DNA from: a virus
Taxonomy: Duplodnaviria; Caudoviricetes
DNA: 64,000 nt
IMG/VR virus record: IMGVR_UViG_3300031998_000008
Location: 64,001-128,000 of that record
Reading direction: 5' to 3' (one strand)
In this document: positions 29,444 through 38,119 of the stretch, piece after piece
Layout: each line of letters opens with the position of its first letter
Numbering within the stretch: position 1 is the first letter of the stretch
Made by a program: the position numbers and the translations under genes
The notes under the pieces: model-generated
Databases searched by the model: none
What the model was told of the DNA's origin: nothing
Seen by the model: the letters and a program-made list of their open reading frames with translations, nothing else

Positions 29444-30295
29444 TTATTGTAAATTATCTTCATCATCTTCGTCTTCATCATTATAGAGATTATTCATTCT
29501 GTTCATCATATCCCTATATGAATTTGACAATTTATTATCAGGATTTATTTGAGGCTCAATATCTGACTTTGATACTGGTTCTGTTTCATCACCCGCATCT
29601 AATGGTGATTGTGATGCTTGCGTTTTTGTTTCTCCTGTATCTCCTGTGTCAATTTCTGATTTTGATACGGGTTCTGCATCAGGAGCCTCTACTTTATTTA
29701 TAAAAGTATTGTTTTTTGCTAAATTGTCAACAGGTTTTGAGACTGTTGTTTGTGGCTTTGGTTGAAAAGATGTGGTTGTTTTTGGCTCTTCTTCTCCCTT
29801 TGTTATGTCAGTTTTTGATATTGGGTTTGCATCTATTGGCTGATTTTGGTTTGCTAAATTTGCTCCGTTAAAATCTCTTGCTAATGGCGTTATTGAATAA
29901 ATGTCAGAGAAACCTTTATCACCTGCCGTATTAAAGCCCGTGCTTAAAAGTTGCTGTTCGTAATCATAATATTTTATTTTACCTAATTCAATTTGCCCAA
30001 TGTTGTCAAATAGAAATAGTTTGTATTTCGGCACACCTCTTTTTGTTGAACCGAATGTCTGAAAAGCCCTTATAGCTCTTTTCCCGTTTTTAGTTAAACC
30101 ATATACGAGTGGTAAAAGGTATCTTGTGTTCTTACCTTTACCTCCTTTTTTATCATCATAAGTGATTCTTATTCTACGGCAATTTTCAATTGCAAATTGC
30201 AATTTTTCTTCTTTATCCAATTGCCATGTTTCTTTACCAAATCTCTTACTTGATAATGATTTAGCCTCGTTAATATGTTTTAAGTTGAAATACAT
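29444..30295 (-). CDS. WYL-like domain protein with disordered acidic C-terminus
   Basis: AI...RRIRITY......R.L.P..YG....RA.Q...YKLF..D.I pattern. Confidence 0.6.
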   Translation of the reverse strand: MYFNLKHINEAKSLSSKRFGKETWQLDKEEKLQFAIENCRRIRITYDDKKGGKGKNTRYLLPLVYGLTKNGKRAIRAFQTFGSTKRGVPKYKLFLFDNIGQIELGKIKYYDYEQQLLSTGFNTAGDKGFSDIYSITPLARDFNGANLANQNQPIDANPISKTDITKGEEEPKTTTSFQPKPQTTVSKPVDNLAKNNTFINKVEAPDAEPVSKSEIDTGDTGETKTQASQSPLDAGDETEPVSKSDIEPQINPDNKLSNSYRDMMNRMNNLYNDEDEDDEDNLQ

Positions 30296-30672
30296 TATGC
30301 AGAAATAACAATTTGTCCGTCAGCAACATTTTCTGAAGTATCTATGTTGATACCACAGTAACTGTTTTCTTCGTTATAGACTGATATGTTTTGTGCAAAT
30401 ACTCTACCACCAACACCATTTCTTCCGTTGATGTCGTATTCACCACCTGCGTTGTTGCTTGTGTCGAAATTTGAATAATCAATTGTTGATGGCCTATTGC
30501 AATCCGGAACTGAATGTGTGTGACCACCATGGCCAGTACCTTTACCCTGTGGGTCGCCTGTTGCTAATGCGTCAGGGTGCGTTGCATTATACTCATCATT
30601 TCTTGTATAGTCATTTCTTGTTAACAAGCCGCTTCTTGATTGAATACCTTTTTTCTCTAAACAAGTTTGCAT
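30295..30672 (-). CDS. hypothetical virion-associated protein
   Basis: Gly/His/Asn-rich 125 aa in late operon. Confidence 0.6.
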   Translation of the reverse strand: MQTCLEKKGIQSRSGLLTRNDYTRNDEYNATHPDALATGDPQGKGTGHGGHTHSVPDCNRPSTIDYSNFDTSNNAGGEYDINGRNGVGGRVFAQNISVYNEENSYCGINIDTSENVADGQIVISA

Positions 30673-30689
30673 AATATTTTAGTTTTTTG

Positions 30690-31346
30690 TTAATTATTCA
30701 CTATTGGTGTTATAAATCCGTTTTTAACTGAGTGTGCTTTACCATTTCCTGTTTCTTTTGGTGCTGAAGCAATCTTTTTAGGTTTTAATTTTGATGCCAT
30801 TTTTGCGGGCTCAAATTGTTTTTTGGCTGTTGCATAACTTTTCCCATCATTTCCTTGAATTTTCTTCAATGAATTCAATCCTTTTGCTTTTTCTTCAGGT
30901 GTTGAACCATTTATCGCTTTTTTTGCCGCATTACGTTCTCTATATTCTTTTTGCTTTATCGCACCGTAAGAATATTGTTTGTCACCATCTCCGAAAATTC
31001 TGTTATTAAGGTCTTTATTTCCATGTTCCTGTTCTTCGTTGAATATGTATCTATTTTCCCAATCTTTCTTTGACATTTCACGAATGTTTGCAGGTGCATT
31101 TCCACTTCTACCAAATGACCTTGAATCTCTTGGCCAATCTTTTGACTGCATTATTGCGAAGTCATCTGTTGTCATTTCATCAGAATAACTTTCACCTTTT
31201 CCTGCTGAGCCTTCAGCACTTACTTCAGTTGAATATACATCACCCATATCAGGCTTGATACCTTCTTTGTCAAGGTATGCCATGTTTATGCCTGATGCAA
31301 TTTCTTTCAATTGTCTTTCAGTTAATATGAGTGTTCTTTTTTTCAT
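30690..31346 (-). CDS. hypothetical protein with N-terminal LTExQL tag
   Basis: MKKRTLILTERQLKEI; late motif upstream. Confidence 0.7.
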   Translation of the reverse strand: MKKRTLILTERQLKEIASGINMAYLDKEGIKPDMGDVYSTEVSAEGSAGKGESYSDEMTTDDFAIMQSKDWPRDSRSFGRSGNAPANIREMSKKDWENRYIFNEEQEHGNKDLNNRIFGDGDKQYSYGAIKQKEYRERNAAKKAINGSTPEEKAKGLNSLKKIQGNDGKSYATAKKQFEPAKMASKLKPKKIASAPKETGNGKAHSVKNGFITPIVNN

Positions 31347-31365
31347 AAAATTATAATTCTAACAT

Positions 31366-31373
31366 ATAAATAG
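31366..31373 (-). promoter_or_regulatory. putative late promoter CTATTTAT
   Basis: Octamer upstream of 31346. Confidence 0.7.
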
Positions 31374-31395
31374 TTGTCAATTTAACTTTTTCAGC

Positions 31396-31403
31396 CTATT
31401 TAT
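31396..31403 (+). promoter_or_regulatory. putative late promoter CTATTTAT (divergent partner)
   Basis: Octamer upstream of vWA gene 31421. Confidence 0.55.
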
Positions 31404-31420
31404 GTTAAAAGAAAAATATT

Positions 31421-32125
31421 ATGAATTTAGAAAATGTAAACGTATGTTTTTTAGTTGATAAAAGTGGAAGTATGACACCTTTTGAACAATCAAATTACAA
31501 CGGATTATATAATTTTATTGGGATTTTAAGAAATTCTAAAATAAAAATAAGTTATTTTAAATATCAATCAGAAAAAACAATACCTTGTGTTGTTTTTGGC
31601 AATATTTCAGAAGTTTTTCCACCAAAAATAGACAATTTTTATGAGGTTCCAAATATGTGTACAAAGATAAATGAACATATATGTGAAAGTATTAACATCT
31701 TATTTGATTATTATAAAAAACTATCAACATTAAACCAAATTCCTGAATTAACTGTATTTGTTATTATAAGTGATGGACAGCAAGATGTTGGTAATCCACT
31801 TATTCAAGCAAGCGAATGTTTAACTCGTTTTTCACAAACATATAATTCAATTGTTTTATATTTTGGACTAGAAGAAGAAAATAATATCCATGCTATTAAT
31901 GATTTTGGCGCTATATTAAGTTGTTATACATGGAAACACACAACAGACGTATGTTATCGTATATTGGGCCATTGTATTAATAGTTATTTACCAATAAGCC
32001 TTGAACGTTTTCTTAAAGAGTTGGAAAGTGGTTTCAGTGATTGTAATAATAATTATGCTAATGTAAATGGATATAATCCTCAAGATTTTGTGCTTTCTTC
32101 TACTCAAAAAGATGATAATGAATAA
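31421..32125 (+). CDS. vWA domain protein (divergent)
   Basis: FLVDKSGSM MIDAS motif; VIISDG. Confidence 0.75.
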   Translation: MNLENVNVCFLVDKSGSMTPFEQSNYNGLYNFIGILRNSKIKISYFKYQSEKTIPCVVFGNISEVFPPKIDNFYEVPNMCTKINEHICESINILFDYYKKLSTLNQIPELTVFVIISDGQQDVGNPLIQASECLTRFSQTYNSIVLYFGLEEENNIHAINDFGAILSCYTWKHTTDVCYRILGHCINSYLPISLERFLKELESGFSDCNNNYANVNGYNPQDFVLSSTQKDDNE

Positions 32126-32150
32126 ATATAGGCCAATTTTAAGTATAAAT

Positions 32151-32183
32151 GAACGCATCTTTATCATAAGGTGCGTTTTTTTT
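32151..32183 (+). terminator. intrinsic terminator
   Basis: AACGCATCTT-loop-AAGGTGCGTT T-tract. Confidence 0.75.
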
Positions 32184-32246
32184 ATTTACATTTTTAAAAA
32201 AGTTGTTAAACTCATGTAAACAAATAATTTTAAAAAAGAGTTAAAA

Positions 32247-32939
32247 ATGAAATCAAATTATGTACATGTTTGCTTTGTAATAGACGAAAGCGGTAGTATG
32301 TCAGGAACTGAATCAGATGTTATCGGAGGATTCAAGAGAGTTGTTGACGAACAAAGAGAAAACAAGGAAGGAACTTGTTCAGTGTCTTATTATAAGTTTA
32401 ATAGCAAGGTAACTGAGGTTTACAAGGGACGTGATGTAAATGACGTTGAATATATTGATAACGATTATAGACCAGGCGGATGCACAGCATTGTTTGATGC
32501 GGTTGGTACTGCAATTGATGAAATTGGAAAGTGGATTGATGCAATGGATGAAAGCGAAAAGCCTGAAAAGAACATCATTGTTGTTATGACAGATGGTATG
32601 GAAAATTCATCAGTTGAATACAAGTCAGACAAGGTTAAGGAAATGATTAAGGAACAAGAGGAAAAATATAATTGGAGTTTTGTTTACATGGGTAGTGATG
32701 TTAGAGATGCAAATGACGCAAATTCAATGGGATTTGGAACAAAACTTTATGCTTCAAAGGCAAAATATACAGCAAATTACGATGTTATCAACGCATCTGT
32801 TTCAGCATACAGATGCTGCACAGGTACGGCATTGCAAAAGGATTTGGCATTTACATCAACATTGAATGAAAACTGTGATGAAATAACAAGAGAGTATGCA
32901 GAAGAAAACGGATTGAATGCTGATGATTTATTGTCTTAA
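32247..32939 (+). CDS. vWA domain protein
   Basis: DESGSM, T.L.DA.G, MTDG.ENSS.EY, W.F.Y.G. Confidence 0.88.
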   Translation: MKSNYVHVCFVIDESGSMSGTESDVIGGFKRVVDEQRENKEGTCSVSYYKFNSKVTEVYKGRDVNDVEYIDNDYRPGGCTALFDAVGTAIDEIGKWIDAMDESEKPEKNIIVVMTDGMENSSVEYKSDKVKEMIKEQEEKYNWSFVYMGSDVRDANDANSMGFGTKLYASKAKYTANYDVINASVSAYRCCTGTALQKDLAFTSTLNENCDEITREYAEENGLNADDLLS

Positions 32940-32964
32940 TAACGAAACAAATTTAATGTAAATA

Positions 32965-34200
32965 ATGAGTGATAATAAAATAAAAGTACTTGTTGTACCA
33001 AGTGATACATTTGGCGTTGGGCATTTTAGGTCAGTAAGCCCACATACATGGCTTGATAAGATGTATGGCGATGAATTTGATGTTGAAATAGACTATCATC
33101 CTGATTGGGCTGATTTATCACGTTTCGACAAGTACCATATAGTACATGTACACAAGGGTCTTTTCAATAGAATGGAAACATTCTGGAATGCTCTTGATTA
33201 TTTTAAGGAAAACAACATTGTAAGCATTTTGGACATTGACGATAATTGGGAGGTTGGCCCTAATCACCCACTTTATGCACAAAACAAGTCAATGCATATT
33301 ACAGAAAAGATTCTTGAAAACTTAAAGAGGGTTGATTTTGTAACAACAACTACTGAATTGTTTGCTTCAAGAATTAAGAAATACAATAAAAATGTTTTCA
33401 TTTTCCAAAATGCTGTTGACCCTGAAGACCCACAATATAGTCCTGAAAAGGAAGAAAGTGATAGGATTAGATTTGGGTTCTTAATGGGTTCATCACACGA
33501 AAAGGATTTGGAACAATTCCAAGGTTTGGTGTCAAAATTGCCTAAGGATATTCTTGATAAAATCCAAATTGTCATGTGTGGATTTGACTTGAGGGGTACA
33601 ATGACATTATTGAATCCTGATGGAAGCATTCAAGGAAGAAGGCCAATTAAGCCTACCGAATCTGTTTGGTATTCATATGAGAAGATAATGACAAACAACT
33701 ATTCAATATGTAGCCCATTATATAAAGATTTCTTGCTTAAATTCTTGAGAAACGTTCAATGGCCTGATGTTGATAAAGAGCCATACAGAAGAGAATGGAC
33801 AAAGAATATTTCAAATTACGGAGAACTTTATAGGTACATTGATGTGTTGTTTGCACCGTTGGATTGCAATAACTTTAATGAAGTGAAATCAGAACTTAAA
33901 TTCATTGAGGGCGGATTCACAAGAACTGCTGTTATTGCGACTGATTTCGGGCCATATAAGATTGGTAGTAAATCAATTTTCAAGAAAGGTGGAGAAATTG
34001 ATGAAACTGGAAACTGTATTTTAATTGAACCTGAGAAAAAGCATAAGGCTTGGGAACAGGCAATTAAAAAGATTGTTGCTCATCCTGAATATATCAAGAT
34101 GATGACTGACAATATGTATGAAACAGTGAAAGATAAATATGATATAAGAAACGTTACTGAGGCACGTGCCGAATGGTATAAGTCTATTGTAAAGAAGTAA
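32965..34200 (+). CDS. GT-B (GT4-like) glycosyltransferase
   Basis: G.G.FR...P, DIDDNW, H..DL, APL...FN..KS.LK.IE. Confidence 0.8.
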   Translation: MSDNKIKVLVVPSDTFGVGHFRSVSPHTWLDKMYGDEFDVEIDYHPDWADLSRFDKYHIVHVHKGLFNRMETFWNALDYFKENNIVSILDIDDNWEVGPNHPLYAQNKSMHITEKILENLKRVDFVTTTTELFASRIKKYNKNVFIFQNAVDPEDPQYSPEKEESDRIRFGFLMGSSHEKDLEQFQGLVSKLPKDILDKIQIVMCGFDLRGTMTLLNPDGSIQGRRPIKPTESVWYSYEKIMTNNYSICSPLYKDFLLKFLRNVQWPDVDKEPYRREWTKNISNYGELYRYIDVLFAPLDCNNFNEVKSELKFIEGGFTRTAVIATDFGPYKIGSKSIFKKGGEIDETGNCILIEPEKKHKAWEQAIKKIVAHPEYIKMMTDNMYETVKDKYDIRNVTEARAEWYKSIVKK

Positions 34201-34222
34201 TGTCATAATGTTTTTAGTTTTT

Positions 34223-34254
34223 GCCTCACAGTTGAAAAATTGTGAGGTTTTTTT
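34223..34254 (+). terminator. intrinsic terminator
   Basis: GCCTCACAGTT-loop-AATTGTGAGGT T-tract. Confidence 0.75.
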
Positions 34255-34285
34255 GTTTTATAAATAAAGTTTTTGTATCTTTACA
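34252..34285 (+). promoter_or_regulatory. Bacteroidota-type early promoter candidate
   Basis: TTTG ... TATCTTTA resembles -33 TTTG / -7 TAnnTTTG; similar at about 37852-37880. Confidence 0.45.
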
Positions 34286-34303
34286 CAAAAGAAAATTTTA
34301 ATT

Positions 34304-34894
34304 ATGAAGACATTGACACAGGAACAAGCCTATACCGAATGGGTAAAATTTTATGGAGTATTTGAAAAACTTGGTCTTACGAAGAACTATGACATGGAAA
34401 AATTGAAAGGTGAACTTCTTTCTTCTCCATGTGCAATCAGTGAAGAAATGGGCACTGCATACAAAGGTGCTTTGCTCATGCATATTAATATGACTATGGC
34501 ACTTGCACAAAGAGTTGCCAAAATGATTTCAGGAACTTTTGAAATCAATGAAGATTCTCTTTTGAAATGTATTGCAATCATGCATCTATCAAAGAGACTT
34601 GTTTATGTTGAGAACGATAACGATTGGGAAGTTAAGAATCGTGGAATGTTGTTCAAATTCTCAAAGAATATTGAGGGCTGTTTGAAAGGTGGAGAAAGAA
34701 GCGCACTTGAGGCCCTTAATAATGGAGTTAAACTTACTCCAATTGAATTTGAAACAATTACTTGTCTTGATGAAGATGTTGAGTCTTCAAAGAAAGCGTT
34801 CCAATCAATCTATACAACAGTTGTAAGGCAAGCAAATGAACTTGCTTATGCAATTGAAAAAGAAAGATATAATAAACTAAAAAACGCTAAATAA
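34304..34894 (+). CDS. degenerate HD-domain (YhaM-like) protein
   Basis: AYKGALLMH and IAIMHLSK (HD to HL), W....G..FK, GERS, G..L...E. Confidence 0.6.
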   Translation: MKTLTQEQAYTEWVKFYGVFEKLGLTKNYDMEKLKGELLSSPCAISEEMGTAYKGALLMHINMTMALAQRVAKMISGTFEINEDSLLKCIAIMHLSKRLVYVENDNDWEVKNRGMLFKFSKNIEGCLKGGERSALEALNNGVKLTPIEFETITCLDEDVESSKKAFQSIYTTVVRQANELAYAIEKERYNKLKNAK

Positions 34895-35062
34895 ATGAAA
34901 AATAGTGACCCATGTGCGCCATGGAATAGTGGTCCTGAAAAATATAATCCATTTGCTCCATGGAATGCTGAGGAAACAAAAGATGACCCGCTTGCTCCTT
35001 GGAATAATGAAGAAGGAAAAGATTGGAGTGGCGGAAGATATAATAATTTAAAAAGTTGGTAA
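34895..35062 (+). CDS. 55-aa peptide with three (D/N)PxAPWN repeats
   Basis: MKNSDPCAPWNSGPEKYNPFAPWNAEETKDDPLAPWNNEEGKDWSGGRYNNLKSW*; ATG immediately after upstream TAA; below ORF-track cutoff. Confidence 0.75.
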   Translation: MKNSDPCAPWNSGPEKYNPFAPWNAEETKDDPLAPWNNEEGKDWSGGRYNNLKSW

Positions 35063-35078
35063 ATAATTAAATACACTT

Positions 35079-35121
35079 GGTATTTTAGATAAAAAAAAAT
35101 ATTTATTCTAAAATACCTTTT
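35079..35121 (+). terminator. terminator-like hairpin
   Basis: GGTATTTTAGA...TCTAAAATACC followed by TTTT. Confidence 0.5.
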
Positions 35122-35133
35122 CTATTTTCAATA

Positions 35134-35141
35134 CTATTTAT
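35134..35141 (+). promoter_or_regulatory. putative late promoter within a translation-masking hairpin
   Basis: CTATTTAT in TACTATTT/AAATAGTG stem before ATG 35157. Confidence 0.7.
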
Positions 35142-35156
35142 TGTAAAAATAGTGAT

Positions 35157-35855
35157 ATGAAAATAGAAGTAAAATGCGCTTATTGTGGAAGAGTTGAGTA
35201 TGTTAATCCTTCAAGGGCAAAAAAATATAAATGCTGTTCTGTTGATTGCTTAGGAAAATACAATAGTATTAGATATAGTAAAAAAATAACATTAACTTGC
35301 CCTATTTGTGGAAAAGAATATGAATGTAAACAAAGTAAAATTCATCAGCATAGAACTTGTGGGGATAAAAATTGTAGACATGAATGGCTTAGTAAAACAA
35401 GAATAGGAAATGGAAATAGCAATTATAAAACAGTAAATTCTATATTAAAAGAAAACAATTGCAAGAATATCCATGATAAATCAAAGACAATTTATATGCA
35501 TGTTGTAAAAGAAAATTTTAATATTAGTTCTGTTAAAAATTTGCCAAAAGGATATGTTATTCATCATAAAGATGGAAATCATGAAAATAATGCTCCTGAG
35601 AATTTGATTTTAATTGATAAATCAACACATTCTTTGATTCATAGATATTTTGGAAATGTTTTAATTAATGCATTACACACTAATAAAATTTCAAGAGAAT
35701 TTTTCTTTTCTTTATGCAATGATTCACAAAAAGAATTTTATCTAAATATAATTGATATTAATATAACAAATCAAATATTAACAAACGATTTTAAAAAGAC
35801 AATAAATAATAATAAATACATATATTATGATGAAGGTAAACTTAAAAAAAGTTAA
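35157..35855 (+). mobile_element. free-standing HNH homing endonuclease with Zn-finger repeats
   Basis: CxxCG..CS..C repeats; VIHHKDGNHENNAPENL...H...H. Confidence 0.85.
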
Positions 35856-36333
35856 TGATGAAGCAAAGTTACCAAAGCAATCAAAAGAAGGTGATTTTTG
35901 TTATGATGTATGGGCTGTTGATGAAGAAGAAATAAGCCCAAATGTATGGGGATATAAACTTGGCTTTAAATATGAAATAGATAGAAATAGTTTTAGTGCA
36001 AAATTTTCAGGATGTAATTCTGGCGGACCAATTATAAGTTATGATTTACTTGATAATTTCAGCTTGTCAATTGATTTAAGGCCAAGAAGCGGAATATATA
36101 AAACAGGTATGGTACTTGCTAATTCAGAAGGAACATTAGATGAATTTTTCAGGGGTGAAGCAAGGGCCATATTTTACCATGTAATACCTACATTACCAAG
36201 ATATAAAAAAGGAGATAGAGTTGGTCAAATTAAACTTGGAATTAGTATTCCTTTAGAATTTGAATTTGTTGATGAAATAAATGAAAACACAGAACGTGGA
36301 GAAGGTGGATTTGGGCATACAGGAACAAAGTGA
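35827..36333 (+). CDS. dut: dUTPase (trimeric type)
   Basis: RPRSG, G.LD..FRGE, GDRVGQ, RGEGGFGHTG. Confidence 0.92.
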   Translation: MMKVNLKKVNDEAKLPKQSKEGDFCYDVWAVDEEEISPNVWGYKLGFKYEIDRNSFSAKFSGCNSGGPIISYDLLDNFSLSIDLRPRSGIYKTGMVLANSEGTLDEFFRGEARAIFYHVIPTLPRYKKGDRVGQIKLGISIPLEFEFVDEINENTERGEGGFGHTGTK

Positions 36334-36523
36334 GTTGTATTATAGCGATGAGTTGAGAAAAAAACTTGATATGTATTTTAACGAAAAGTTAAAAGACAAA
36401 AATTCAAATTTCAATTCATATTATAGTAAAAAAGATGAAACTTTGTATTTAAATTTTAATATTTATATGTCTGGCATGATTTTTGATAGTATTGATATTG
36501 TTTTTAAAATTAATGAAAAATGA
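36281..36523 (+). CDS. hypothetical protein (start uncertain)
   Basis: Fills gap; stop overlaps next ATG. Confidence 0.4.
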   Translation: MKTQNVEKVDLGIQEQSELYYSDELRKKLDMYFNEKLKDKNSNFNSYYSKKDETLYLNFNIYMSGMIFDSIDIVFKINEK

Positions 36524-36777
36524 TTAGTACAATTATTTCGTGGTACATTATCGGCGTATTTATTTCAGCAGCAGGAATCTTTGCATACGAGTATTTTTAC
36601 CTTTATGACAAAGAAATTGAATACATTTCAACTGAAGAAATCATTGAAGATGTATTGTTAAGCCTTTTATCTTGGCTAATGGTTTTGTGGCTAATCATAA
36701 GCGTTGGCCTTGATTGTTACATGGGTTGGCCATCTAAAGGTTATGATTTGAATAGGCATAAAAAAAGTCAGTCTTAA
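36520..36777 (+). CDS. small membrane protein
   Basis: Two hydrophobic segments. Confidence 0.65.
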   Translation: MISTIISWYIIGVFISAAGIFAYEYFYLYDKEIEYISTEEIIEDVLLSLLSWLMVLWLIISVGLDCYMGWPSKGYDLNRHKKSQS

Positions 36778-36792
36778 AGGCTGACTTTTTTT
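36759..36792. terminator. bidirectional terminator
   Basis: AAAAAAGTCAGTC-TTAAA-GGCTGACTTTTTT. Confidence 0.8.
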
Positions 36793-36811
36793 GTTTAACA
36801 TGTTGAACAAA

Positions 36812-37330
36812 TTATTCTTCTGCGAAACCTGCATATGGGTTGGTGTTCATTGCTGTACGTCTTCCTTGATATGCTTGATTTCTTGCTTGGTCAAGTGATT
36901 GTTTCTTTCCTTGGTATTTATCCCATTGTTTTTGTGTCTTACCCTTTGCCTTTGCAATTTCTTGTTGTCTTTGTGCTTCCAATGCTTGGATTTTTTGGTC
37001 GTATTTTGCATTGATTTGGTCAATTGCTGCTTGTGAGTTTTGGTTTACGTATTGAGTGCTATTTTGTCCATTTTGAACGCCATATTTTCCTTTAAGGTTT
37101 TCAATATCACCACGTGCTCTTTGTAATTGACGGTTATTGAAGTGTGCATTGTAGTTGCCACCTTTTGTGAAAGTGTCTTTTACAGCACCGAGTTTGTCTT
37201 TCATATTTCCAAAGAATCCTTCTTCCAATTCTTCATCACCGAAAGCGCCTTCAGCTAAAATTCTTTTAACTGATTCTGTAACTATTTGTTCAAGCTGAGA
37301 TTCGTTGAGATGTATGATTTCTTTTCCCAT
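36812..37330 (-). CDS. putative internal head protein with LTExQL tag
   Basis: IHLNESQLEQIVTESVKRILAEG...LEEGFF; Gln-rich coiled coil. Confidence 0.7.
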   Translation of the reverse strand: MGKEIIHLNESQLEQIVTESVKRILAEGAFGDEELEEGFFGNMKDKLGAVKDTFTKGGNYNAHFNNRQLQRARGDIENLKGKYGVQNGQNSTQYVNQNSQAAIDQINAKYDQKIQALEAQRQQEIAKAKGKTQKQWDKYQGKKQSLDQARNQAYQGRRTAMNTNPYAGFAEE

Positions 37331-37353
37331 AATATTGTTATATTGCTACTTTA

Positions 37354-37800
37354 TTATTTTTTTACTTGTCTTGGTTTTCTTGTTGTTGTTCTTTTTTGTA
37401 CAGGCTTTTGTGGCTGTTGTGTAGTATCCTGTGTTTGCTGCGGCGTATTTTGTGGCTGCTGTTGTTGAGTGGCCTGTGGTTGTTGTTGTGTACTTCCGCC
37501 TTCCATTGCTGAAATTTGTTGTTTTATTTGGTTAATTTCTGTTTGCAATTTTTCCAATGTTTGTGTTTGTCCTGTATTTACATTACCACCGTTATTTCCT
37601 GTTTGGCCATCAAGTCTTCTATATTCATTACCATCATAGCCTTGTCCTTTTAAACCTCTCCTGAAATTATAATCAAAATCACGTAATCCTTGCTTAAAAT
37701 TAGACCACCATCCTTCAGTTTCCAAGGATTCGGCTAATATTTTATTTGTACTTTCAGCAATTATTTTTGATAATTGTTCTTCTGTTATCTTATATTTCAT
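37354..37800 (-). CDS. putative internal head protein with LTExQL tag
   Basis: KITEEQLSKIIAESTNKILAES.ETEGWW; Gln/Pro-rich tail. Confidence 0.7.
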   Translation of the reverse strand: MKYKITEEQLSKIIAESTNKILAESLETEGWWSNFKQGLRDFDYNFRRGLKGQGYDGNEYRRLDGQTGNNGGNVNTGQTQTLEKLQTEINQIKQQISAMEGGSTQQQPQATQQQQPQNTPQQTQDTTQQPQKPVQKRTTTRKPRQVKK

Positions 37801-37822
37801 TCTAAGGTATTATATTTTAACA

Positions 37823-37830
37823 ATAAATAG
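37823..37830 (-). promoter_or_regulatory. putative late promoter CTATTTAT
   Basis: Octamer upstream of 37800. Confidence 0.7.
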
Positions 37831-37891
37831 TTCAATAATAGTAAAATTATTTGACTTTATTTGTTAATAGCTTACTTTTAAAATAAAAAAT

Positions 37892-38119
37892 ATGACTAAA
37901 GAAAAATTAAGTAACTACACGTTAGCAGCGTTATTAGAACTTGAAAAAGCAGCAAGAATTGTTTGTATGAAATATGAAAGTGCATCAAAAAGTTATGATG
38001 GCTCAATTATAAACAACGAGCAATATTCCATGTTTAGCAAATACAATATGTTTAGAAATAGGGTAATTGAAGAAATGGAAAAACAATTAAATGAAGAAAT
38101 TAAGTATTTAGATGACTAA
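37892..38119 (+). CDS. hypothetical protein
   Basis: First ORF of + operon. Confidence 0.65.
   Translation: MTKEKLSNYTLAALLELEKAARIVCMKYESASKSYDGSIINNEQYSMFSKYNMFRNRVIEEMEKQLNEEIKYLDD

Noticed and set aside
17540-35855. Group I introns around the two homing endonucleases
   Set aside because: Flanking helicase and dUTPase genes look complete and the gaps are too short for an intron core.
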